64,000 nucleotides of DNA from the NCBI GenBank assembly GCA_050273025.1, contig CP158635.1:25916001-25980000 (forward strand), given 5' to 3'. Position 1 is the stretch's first letter; the number at the start of each line of letters is the position of its first letter. Both the position numbers and the translations under genes were made by a program. Under the pieces are notes generated by a model. It had not been told where the DNA came from, made no database searches, and was given only the letters and a program-made list of their open reading frames with translations. Source of the DNA: Cenococcum geophilum (Eukaryota). This document shows, one piece after another, positions 39,795 through 50,600 of this stretch.

Positions 39795-40470
39795 TTTTAG
39801 GGAGGGCTAGGCCAATTCTCTCCCAGAGCCCTTCAAAACCAATCGATTAAACTTGATATGTCTGTTGCATGAGAGGGCAGACAGTTCTGAGGTGGGAACA
39901 CAGGGCCCTTATGCGAGGTTAGAGAAGGTTTGAGTACGGGAGTCGGTGGTGGTGCGGACAGCGACGGTGAAATGTGGCCAAGCCGAAGGCAGCTGAGACA
40001 AGTTAAAGGCTGGAGCGTCGCCGCGACGCAAAATTGAGAGCCAGCTCGTCGGGCTTGCAGACGAGGTTGGGGAGGAGAGGGAAGCAAGAAGGCGGCTGCT
40101 TCTCCTTCACCGTTCCACGCCCGAAAAAAGGTTTTGTCGTGCTAATGGCGACGTTTGAGCTGGACTTTCGGGACGGCTAGCTACAGTCGCTTCAGAAAAG
40201 GATGATCAAATATCAGAAACTATGATCAACCACATAAATTTGCCGAATCCTCACTTTTTTGAATAACTTTTCTGTGCCACGCATGCCACCACCCACCCTC
40301 TATAGGATTTACTTAATGTACGGGCTTATTGATGGCATGGCAAACAGTTTAGAAGACTTTAGGACGGATTGGCGACGTAATGCTGCAGAGGCCTTGCTTG
40401 ACGTCTCAATTAGTGAGCACTCTATATAGATACAATAGACGTTGTCCTTCATCTAGATATATTGTAAATA

Positions 40471-41492
40471 CTACCGCTTAATTCCTGCCCGTGAGAAATG
40501 GCCTTTTGCCCTCTTATCAAATCCTTGTTGCTCCACCGCGTAGTTTAAAAACTCGCCAAAGTTATTCCATAGTTTGGCTTCAAATCGATGAGTACGCAGC
40601 CACTGCTTCAAGTCGTGAAAAGAAGTATCAACCGGATTAAAATCGGGTGAATAAGGAGGAAGATATTCAAGCTTAACACCGACAGCGTCGCAGGCGCGTT
40701 GAATTTCCTCGTTGCGATGAATTGACGCATTATCCATTACCAGAACTGAATGAGGCAGTGGGTAAGGCTGCATATGATTAAGAACTTGGTTCTTTATCCA
40801 CTGAATAAACATTGGCCCGTCAACAGCGCCCTGGTGTATCAACCAGCCAGGCAAATAGCCCTGCCAGATGTACGCTGGCAGCAAGCTCCATCTTTTAGAT
40901 CTCTCCAATTCCGACATTCCCTCAACAGGCTCGTTGACTGGCGCCCATCCATACTTCCTATCCATTGTCTTCTTGTTGCAAGCTGATTCATCGACAAAGA
41001 CAAATTGGTCGCGCCTATAGCCACAGATTCGAATAGTCCAGTCGTCCCTTAAGCTCGGGTTACGCTGTTGCGCAATCATCCTCATAACCTTTCTACTCCA
41101 TCCTCTTCGCTTTAATCCAGCCGACAGCGTGCTCCGTGCCACTATTATATTATATTCGTCGTATAGAAACCAGAGCATCTCTTCAAAATAGGCGTCTGGG
41201 CTGTCTGAGAGGTATTCAAGGAGGCCCTAATTAAGGTATGCGTTAACAAAATCAACATCAACATCACCGCCTAACGTCGTACATCTAGAGCTTCATCTGT
41301 AAGCAGCAGTGGCCTGCCATTCGCCTTAATCGGTGCATCAATCTGGCCATACTTCTTCAAATTCACCCTCCAGCGTCGAAGAGTAGATCGAGGAACGCCG
41401 GTCTTGTCTTCTATATGGAAATCGTCGCGGCCGATATCAATTAGAGCTTGTACGATCGACTTCTGTTCGATCGACCAGGCGGGATTGCCCAT
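40471..41492 (-). CDS. IS630/Tc1-mariner superfamily transposase, apparently intact (about 321 aa, one intron)
   Basis: Exons 41492-41283 and 41226-40471 splice in frame. HTH region (TGVPRSTLRRW, GRP) and catalytic motifs VFVDES, VMDNASIH, YLPPYSPDFNPVD. No internal stops. Confidence 0.9.
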
Positions 41493-41645
41493 AGCTTCAA
41501 ATATAAGGTGATGGGTGGTGTCATACGTGAGTACAGAAAAGTTGTTCAAAAGGTGAGGATTCAGGGAGCTTCTTCTGCGGAAGGCCTCACTTACATAATA
41601 GTGCTCGCGCGGGCCACCGGAGCAAGACTACGCGTGCCCTATATA

Positions 41646-41777
41646 CACCCTCTCATCAATTCCGGTGGTTAGCGCAGCCACGTCTGCACGGCCTTTTTGT
41701 AGGGGAAGTTTTGGTATTTTTCCTGTTTAAGGGAAAGTTAATAAAACACGCTAACCACCGGAATTGACGAGAGGGTG
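41646..41777. mobile_element. Small TA-flanked MITE (132 bp)
   Basis: 29-bp TIR CACCCTCTCATCAATTCCGGTGGTTAGCG / CGCTAACCACCGGAATTGACGAGAGGGTG (one mismatch); TA on both sides. Confidence 0.9.
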
Positions 41778-41999
41778 TAGAATTCAACCATTGACTCAAT
41801 TTGCCTGTAGTATCTGCAAGACACCATTCTGCAGGAACGATGCCTGCCGGCAGCCTCATATTGAGCGACTTAACTCCAAAGGATAAGCTTGCATAGAGAT
41901 TTTGTATAAGAATTAAGCAATATCAAAGGTTTCAAATATCTGAGCATGAAACCCAAGTCGACGGGTTAGGGGATACTAAATATCGGAGAACGCGCTTTA

Positions 42000-42967
42000 C
42001 ACGTCCATCTCTTTACCGCGCATCGTCAAAAAAAGAAGTTCTTTAAATACATAAGATCTAGTTTATATACAGATTCTATTCTACATTACTCACTCGTGTA
42101 TTTCTATAGGTACGCCGGGTTCCTTAATAAACTCCTTTAACGCCCTATTACCACGCCTCACCAGCGGCTTAATTAAGCTTTAATAGCCACTAGTTCATCA
42201 ACTTCTCTCGCATATTAGGCTCCAATTAAGCAGCCTTCTCAATCTAGTAGAACCAATCCTTAATGTTTTCTAAAGCCTCCCTTATCTTAAGCCGCGTTCG
42301 CTAAGGAGCGAAAGGATTATCATTAATGTCCTTAGCAATATACTCCTTACTATCGCTGTAGAATGTTTTAAAACTACAGTCCTCCCACATACACTTTATC
42401 ATTACTCAAGATGTAACGGCAAGGAAGTTAATACTATCGGTAGAAGCTGCATATACAAGTAACCTCATCTAGAAGATCCCTACCATCATCATCATCGTCG
42501 CATTCCTTTGCCTTCTGTTCTGCGATTTTAAGTTCATTAATATTAATATCTGCACAGGACACAGGGGTAGTGTATGACTATGGGGTATCGCTTTAATCGA
42601 AAAGCAAAGGTCTATGACACGAGCGAGTGTATCGTAAGCCCTTACAGTAACCTTAGTATGCTTAATGCAGCCGGTAATGGAGAGCGTATGAAGTAGTCCT
42701 CTCGCATCAATGTGTTATTAAAATCCAGCTTCTTTTGGCGCGACTAAAAGTTATTATATGGCCAGCGCTCCTGCCAATCCTCCCACGTCATTTTAATCTC
42801 CTCGGTAATTAAAAACAAGGCTATCCGCCATCCTTTATATTAGGGGGTTGTGGAGGAGTACATAGGCGGCAGTCGATGCAGGAAGATCTAGAGGAGATCT
42901 TTTGGTTTTAGTGAGCGCGACTTGGAGGCACGGACGGGCAGATGAGGGGGAGCACGATCCCCATTAT
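42000..42967 (-). pseudogene. Degraded coding remnant, probably TE-derived (possibly Mutator-like)
   Basis: Broken protein-like frames (EEIKMTWEDWQERWPYNNF*; KCMWEDCSFKTF...REALENIKDWF). Family assignment is only a weak resemblance. Confidence 0.3.
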
Positions 42968-42970
42968 TTA

Positions 42971-45190
42971 GGCCTCGTTTGGTAACTTTTTTCCACCTGT
43001 GAGATTCCACCGTTTCGACCACCAAAAATTCGAAATGGAACGAACAGGTCAAAAATTGAACAGGTTTGGGCCTTCCGTTTGGTAGATCAACCTGTTCGAA
43101 TAGCTTGGCAGCTGAAATTAAGGCTCGAAACGGCCGTTTCGACCTTATCGCGTCTACCGCGATTCTGCGACCTAAAGTAGTATAGAGTGCGCGATTTCTA
43201 GATCTTGGCTGCGAAAAGGTTGTCAAATAGGTGAAAATCGAAAAGTACCTCTCCTAGGTACTTTTTAACACCTGTCCAGCCGTTTCGACGTTGATTTAGC
43301 CCATCTGTGCGCTATCCTATGAAGTTTTTAACCGTGTATATTAAGCACGTGATTGCGATCAACCTCTACCTTATATACGATGAACCCGCCTATTGCCGTC
43401 ACTGTATCTACAGGCCTATATGCCCTATTAATACTATTCTATATACTTATAGAGTGCGCTAAGCAACTTCCTAGCAGTGGTGGACGGCGTTAGCAGCTTA
43501 TTAATCCTCTGTGTGGTAAAAGGAAGACGATTAAGTTATTATATGGGCCTCCGTAGGTAATTAAGACGGTAACACGGCTTAATTAATAGTTGTTTAAATT
43601 GCTACTGGATTAGCTTATAAATAAATATAATCTATACCCGTAGGAAGGCCTCTCTACTGCTTAAAAGTTAATAATATTTATATCGATTTGTGGTGGAGGA
43701 CTTAGTATGCGATATATAGCCTATAAGTAGCAGCACTTAACGCATACAATAAGCCTGTAAGTAATTAATATTTAAAGTAGTAGAGGACTAGAACTTACTA
43801 ATATTAGCATATTTTATAAAGTTCTTAATGCATGCTATAAGCCATATAAGGATATTATCGTCCTTCCTAATAAAATAACGCCTAATTAAGTTAAATCTAA
43901 TAATAAGACATGGCCCTTTTTTGCTAATTGTATTAGCGCGCTTAATGGCTCGCATGTCCTAGTATTAGTTCCTTTATATAAGTAATCGGCTTAGAGGAAT
44001 AGGAAGGGTTAGCTCTTATAAAATGTTCTTATAGCATGCAATTTGAATATAAACTTTGTATATATATTGCCTAAATAGGAAGGATCTATATATAATAATC
44101 GGGTGCTTAGTTGCGTAAAGGATTAAGGATTTAAAACACTACTAGGAAAATACTACCTAGCTAACACTAGGTACGCTTAAGAGGATCCTATACTATTTAT
44201 ACTATATTAGAAGGTTTAATATCACCTAAAGGAATAAGCTAAAGCAGCTTAGAGGCCAAAGGACAAGTATAAGCTATTTAATTTATGTTATACGCAGCTA
44301 AGGAATGTAATTAAACGGGCGTTTAGTATTCTAAAGGCGCGATTTCTTATATTTAATAAGCCCCGGAAAGGCTACTTAATTAAAACGCAGATTAAAATTA
44401 TATAGGCGATAACGGCGGTTTATAACTTCTTAAACTAGATTAGGTGGAATTTATAGAACAAGGACTCTAGATATAAAAGTAGTAACGATTTAAATAAGGA
44501 AGATAAGGATATTTTAAGTAAGGATTACCGTAATATAATAGAGCGGCGTAGTAATATTACTACTATAATATAGGAGCAATATAGTGAGGTTCTGGCTACT
44601 AGAGGGCATAATATTATAATGTAGATAAAGAAATAAAGAAGTTAATATAAAGCTTTAGTAGGGTATTATTAATATCTTATATAGTAACAAATTGCCTTAA
44701 AAGGCTGTAGATATAATTAATCTATAGGTAGAGCATTTAGGGTAGTAAAATAATATGTAATACCACTAATAAAAAAGTCGTAATAGATGACTTAATTACA
44801 GCTTATCTACGCAACTAGCCTTCTCTATTAATTTAACCTAAAATCCTTATTAAACTAAGCCTCCAACTTACTACTAAGCTTAAATCCTTCCTCTACTAAC
44901 CTAAATTAATTAAAAGATACCTACTGCTGCCTTATATTAGCTATAAGCTATATTATATACCCTTCCTAAGCTTTACTAGTTATAACGGCGCTATCGCACA
45001 TTACCTGCCAAATTCTGCTATATTCTGCCGACCTATAATTAGCCCGCCCAAAGCTAGCGCCTTAGCAGCTTACCCTATATATTTATTTATATCGGTCCTA
45101 GCGACCCCTTTTTCCTTCTTTTTAACTTAGTATCTTTATAATATAGCATTCGTTTAAGCTTCGGTTTAGAGGCATTTATTTAAGCTATAA
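42971..45190 (+). mobile_element. RIP-degraded PIF/Harbinger transposon (left end plus transposase)
   Basis: Left TIR GGCCTCGTTTGGTAA preceded by TTA. Transposase at about 43380-44610 with decayed motifs ALNGSHV (ALDGTHI), RNRKG..S.NVL, *EGS, GKYYLAN..Y, LFNL....LRNVIKRAFSILKARF. Right end not found. Confidence 0.88.
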
Positions 45191-45751
45191 TATTATACTA
45201 AGCTCTCCCTACCTTACCTAGAAAGGCCTTAATAATATTCCACCCTAAAGAAACTTTATCTGCAACAACGTATTAACGCGCTATACTTAGACACTAAAAC
45301 AACTCTATATTACCTAGAAAGGCCTAGATAATACCCTACCTTATAAGCTAAATAGGACTAAACCTATACCCCTAAAATTAAAACTAAAGCGTATAATACT
45401 AATAAACCTTAGGAAGCTAATAATGGCACCTAAAGTAAGCTTATTTAAGAGAGCTGCCTCTACCTAAGAGGAACCTAAGATCTAATTAGGATTAGAAATT
45501 AAAGATAATAATAACGTTGTAGACGTATATAAGCGGATTCGCGCCCTTATAGCCAGCTAGGAAGCTAATTATCTTAAAGTAAAAAATATATAAGAGACCC
45601 TATAAGAGATCCTAGAAAGCCTTATAGCCCTATAAAATAGCCTAGCTTCCCCTTTTTAAAGCCCTAGCTAACCTATTTACTCTACTAAATATAATACACT
45701 AAGGAGTACGGATATAATAATAAAGTAATTAAAGTCCGTTAAGCTCCCTAA
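45191..45751 (+). mobile_element. Fragment of an older LTR retroelement (LTR plus gag start)
   Basis: LTR-like AT-rich segment, then a broken ORF from about 45423 (MAPKVS...) ending KSVKLP at the next insertion. RIP-degraded. Confidence 0.4.
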
Positions 45752-46117
45752 TGTTACGGACGCTTTAAGTACAATGTTACAACTACTTGGGGAAGAGTTG
45801 GAAGAAGCTAGTTGGTTAATATAAGTACGGTCTAGGATGGAGCCGATAGAACTATATGACGAGGAATGGTAACCGAGGTCATATAATGTAATCTCATCAG
45901 GAATTTTTTTTTTAGGCAGGTTGTCGCAGTTTGTTGCGGTTTGCGGCAAAATGTACAAACTGTACGATCGCGGCGGTCGTATATGGTCGTTAGCGATTCG
46001 TATAAACCGTACGTTTCGCAGCAAGTTTACAGCATCTGCTAGCAAATTGCGGCAAAATGCTGAACTACAAAACTTATACTAGCATTTTGCTACCTTATAA
46101 ATAAATAGCGCGTAAAT

Positions 46118-46230
46118 TGTACAAACTGTACAAACTGTACAAACTGTACAAACTGTACAAACTGTACAAACTGTACGAACTGTACGAACTGTACGAACCG
46201 TATAAACCGTACGAACTATATAAACTGTAA
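46118..46230. repeat. 9-bp tandem repeat (TGTACAAAC/TGTACGAAC)
   Basis: About 12 units directly visible. Confidence 0.9.
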
Positions 46231-46403
46231 CTATATAAATTATAATTATATTATATAATAACCAAATTATCATATATTCCTATACATTGCTATAATATGC
46301 TTATAAATATATTTATATTATAACTATATAAAATGTAGAGCTATCTGCTTAGGCGTTAAGGGGGAAGCCTCTCGCAGAGGCTCTAAATCGTCGATTGGCC
46401 TAG

Positions 46404-46620
46404 TACCTGCCTGCCTGCCTGCTTGCCTGCCTGCTTGCCTGCCTACCTGCCTGCCTACCTGCCTACCTGCCTACCTGCCTGCCTGCCTGCCTGCCTATCT
46501 GTCTGTCTGTCTGTCTGTCCGTCTGTACCTACCTGCCTATGCCTACCTGTCTATACCTACCGTCTGTGCCTACCATCTGTGCCTCCTGTCTGTGCTACTG
46601 TCTATGCCTACCTGTCTGTA
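46404..46620. repeat. (CCTG/CCTA/TCTG)n microsatellite
   Basis: Directly visible; reverse-complement counterparts at about 55675-55737 and 55908-56208. Confidence 0.9.
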
Positions 46621-47037
46621 ATTTGGGGGAGAGGTCAGCCCGATCAAAGGCTCTGCCTGATTCGATTGATCGATTGATTGTATTGATTCAAATTGTTCTC
46701 TACAGCCGTTCGCTGGCTGTACATTCAAACGGTGGTCGTCTGGGGTGCCTCCCTAGGAGGCCTTGATTCTGTTCAATTTAGCGACGGGCTGATATTAAGG
46801 CTCTAGTTCAATTCGATCGATCGATTGGATCGTTTGTGGTGTTCGCTGGCTGGTCGTTTGAACAGTTGTCGTCTGACTCTGGCGACGGTCGTCTGCTGGC
46901 TGCCGTTCTGGTGCCTCCCTAGGTAGGGAGGATGTAAGGAAGGAAGGGTAAAAAATAAGGTGGCTACCTAGGTGTATATAGGGGTATACTTGGCAGAGGC
47001 ACGTGTCGAGGCTATCGGGAATATAGCGGGGACCCGA

Positions 47038-47350
47038 TGCAGAGCTTCGTGTAGAGCCTCCGTACGCAGAGCTTCGTGTAGAGCCTCTGTACGTAGAGCT
47101 TCGTGTAGAGCTTCGTGTAGAGCCTCTGTACGTAGAGCTTCGTGTAGAGCTTCGTGTAGAGCTTCGTGTAGAGCTTCGTGTAGAGCTTCGTGTAGAGCTT
47201 CGTGTAGAGCTTCGTGTAGAGCTTCGTGTAGAGCTTCGTGTAAAGCTTTATGTAAAGCTTCGTGCAGAGCTTCGTATAGAGCTTCGTGCGGAGCTTCATG
47301 CAGAGCTTTGTGTAGAGCTTTATGTAGAGCTTTATGTAGAGCTTTGTGCA
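47038..47350. repeat. 12-bp minisatellite (AGAGCTTCGTGT)n
   Basis: About 25 units; explains the RASC/TKLY pseudo-ORFs. Confidence 0.95.
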
Positions 47351-47436
47351 GTTTTGTGGTATTTTTATTACAGCCAAAAATTAAGGTTTGCTTAACTGGC
47401 TTAAGTCACGATTTTAGCAATTTGCGGTAATTTGCA

Positions 47437-47603
47437 GCAATTCGCACAGGCTACTTATAAGTAGCTGCGTGTTTGTAGCAATTTGCACAGGCTACTTATA
47501 AGTAGCTACGTGTTTATAGTAATTTGCACAGGCTACTTATAAGTAGCTGCGTGTTTGTAGCAATTTGCATAAGCTACTTATAAGTAGCTGCGAGTTTGTA
47601 GCA
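47437..47603. repeat. 41-bp tandem repeat x4, each with the palindrome GCTACTTATAAGTAGC
   Basis: Palindrome starts at 47450, 47491, 47532 and 47573. Confidence 0.92.
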
Positions 47604-50600
47604 AATCGCCGCAAATCGCCGCAAATCGCCAAAATCGCGACTTACGCAGGTTTTGTAGACCCCGATTTTCGCTTGCGATAACGTGCCCAAATTTTTTTTC
47701 CTGATGCTATATAATCTATATAATCTATATAATCTACATAATCCGCGATAGAGTAGATAGAGCATATGTATATTATGTATAAGAAGGATTTTATAGGAGT
47801 ACGGTTGTGTATTTAAGGACCCTTAGTCCCTACCTAGATAGTTCCTTCCTTATAGTAATTCTTAGAATATAATTAGAGTTAATCTATTAGGCAACTACTC
47901 CACTAGTTATTATTACGTTATTACGTTATTAACTATTATCTTTATATTTCCTATATACCTAGCCTATTAACGAGCCTATTATAGTTCCTGCTACAAGGTT
48001 CCGTTATATAATTACTACTATAGTTATAGTATTAAACACAGTAGGTTGAATAATATGCTACTAAAAGCAGCCACTATAACGCTATTGACGGCGGTAACTA
48101 CTTTAAGGTTAGGTAACGACACTAGTATAGTAAACACTAACTTATAGCAACCTATAATAGTCGGGTAACTATAAAAGATAGTTGACTAGTTAATAGAAAA
48201 TAATACGATATTAGAAAATAGGATTAACGGGATAGGCGTAGTAAAGGTTAGGTTACTATCGATTAAAAGATTCTTAGGAGAGAAGTTAAAGCTTAAAGGA
48301 TTCTTTACGTAAATGCACTTTAAGGTTACGTAGGAAGGAGCAAAGCTGGCAACACCTATAGATTAAATAGCGTATATAGGATTATTCTTAATAAGAAGAG
48401 CACTTAAATAGTTTAAGCCTTACCTTATAGAAATCTAGGTAAATAGAATAATAACTATAAACCAGGAGGTATGGTTTATATTCTTAAGCTAGAATGGATT
48501 TATAAAGCGACTTATATAAATATTTGGAGACCTAAAGGCAGTAACTACGGTAGAAAGAAAACTCTAAGATATTACGTAATAAACCTTAGCAATTAAATAC
48601 ATAACGCAGTTCTAGACGTTAGTAACGTAAGTAGAGTAGAATAATAGGGCGCTTATAGCATAGTATAAATAGGGACTTAAGGCTAAAGTCTAGGATATAA
48701 TTATTCTAATAAAAGATGTGGATACCCTAAGGGAACTAATAGATTAAGCGATTAAAATTAATAATTGGATTTACTAAAGGGAACAGGCCAAGAGAGGCTA
48801 GAATAGAGTTTTATAGTTATATAAGGCGTAAAGTACGCAACAACTAAAGCTAAGTTAAAAACTATAGTATAGCGCAGAGCTAATAGACCTAAGTAGTACT
48901 AAAGAAGCCTATAAAAGATGGAGTAAACGACTATAGAAACCCAGAGGATAAGCATTAAGTAATTAAAGGTCTAAAGAGCAGAGGCTAAACTAGGGATCTT
49001 AGTAGCAGAAGACGTTTAGGCGGACTCTATAATAAGAAAAATGGTTTAAAGAAGGAGCTTATATAAATTGCGGAAAATAGGGTTACTACGTTAGAGACTA
49101 TAGAAGTAGGCAGAGTTACTACGCAGTAAAAGGGACGAGGCTAGTAGACGACATATACGTATAGAGGGACGACGATATGCTGCGAGGAACAAAAGAATAT
49201 TTAATTAAAAGTTTTCCGTTTTATTATAATAACACATGCTAAATTTATAAGGACGCTAAGTACGGCGCAAGCTATTAGCTATAAAAGCTATACTTAGCGG
49301 AGTATAAAGGAACTAATAAACCAGTTTATAAATTAGATATTAAGGACGATAAATTTAACGTAGGTAAAACATTCTATAACAATAAGGTAATATAGGCGGT
49401 TTACTAGGAACGCGTAGCTATTAAAGATATTACACTAGAGGTAGAGGATAATTCCACTATAGAATAGGGAATATTAGTAGGGATTAAGACCCCACTAGAT
49501 ACGATGTTTATCGCTTTATAAGACGCAAGAGAAGTAGGATAGTAAGCCACTTTGGCACTTAATAAAGGCAAAAGGCTAAAAGCTTAAGACTCTTAAGACG
49601 AGATATAAGACGACTAAGATTCTTAAGACGAGATAAGGTAAGCTTAAGGACCTATAACGGACGATAACCGATAGAGCAGAGTAATAGCTTAGTTTAGTAA
49701 TATATAAATAAGCTTAGGACGAAGTTTCCTAAAGGTATAAGATTCTTAAGACAAGATAAGTGAGATTTAAGACTCTTAAGACGAGATAAGAATACTAAGT
49801 AAGCCTAGTTGGACTAAGGCTAGAGCTAAGCTTAGGATTAAAGAATCTTAGGAACTAAAGATTTGGAGTATAAATAAGGGAGCCCATAAATAAGAGGTAA
49901 GAGGCTTCTTTATAGATTAGAGAATCTATAGCATAAACAGTAACTAGACTAGGAGATAGATATATAAACCTAAAGGACTTACTAGGAAAACATAGCGTTT
50001 AGCCTAAAGATTAAAATATTAATACCAAGATTAAGAAGCAAGAAGACTTTAAGGATTTAGCAGTAAAACGCAAACCGAAAGAAACTATAGAAGAGTTTAG
50101 GTAAAGAATTATCGCATAGTAAGAATAGAAACTAGATAAGAGATCTAGTATATTAGGACGTACTAGGGATAGAGCGCTAGTATAAAGAATTACTAATAGG
50201 CCTAGGGTAGGTATACTAAGAGCTAAGTGGCTTACCGAACTGGAAAATAAAGAGGATTTAGAAATTCCTATTAAATTTAAAGAATAATATATAAAAGGCT
50301 GTTATAATATAGTAATAAGAAGATACTTCCTTACGGACAAGCTGTATATACTCTAGTAGCTATACTAAAAGTAGTATAGGCAACGACATAATAATAAGTA
50401 GGAAGATTTCTATATATAGTTAAATAAGAAAGTTATCTAGGACCACCTAATTATAGAAAAGGCCATAAGTTATATTAAAGGAGCCTTAATTATAACGTTA
50501 AAGGATCTAGAGAAATAATTAGAGGACTAGAGGAGTAAGAGACGTATCTTAATACCTGCAAATAAAGTTATAATATTTAGATCAGCATAATAAAGGTTTA

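Larger units (their letters stand above)
45895..47706. mobile_element. Non-autonomous element A: CATCAGGAA termini, 2-bp TSD, minisatellite-rich (CACTA/CMC-like?)
   Basis: Ends CATCAGGAA...TTCCTGATG, flanked CT/CT; subterminal GCAAATCGCC-type repeats; inserted in the Gypsy LTR. Confidence 0.65.

Noticed and set aside
40413..41608. Candidate TIR pair GTGAGCACT / AGTGCTCGC around the intact transposase
   Set aside because: Only about 9 bp, imperfect, and without a TA duplication on both sides; chance level.
46972..47430. ORFs with RASC/TKLY repeats (and AELR/QSFV ORFs at 54530-54988)
   Set aside because: Translations of the 12-bp minisatellite, open in several frames on both strands; no sign of a real gene.
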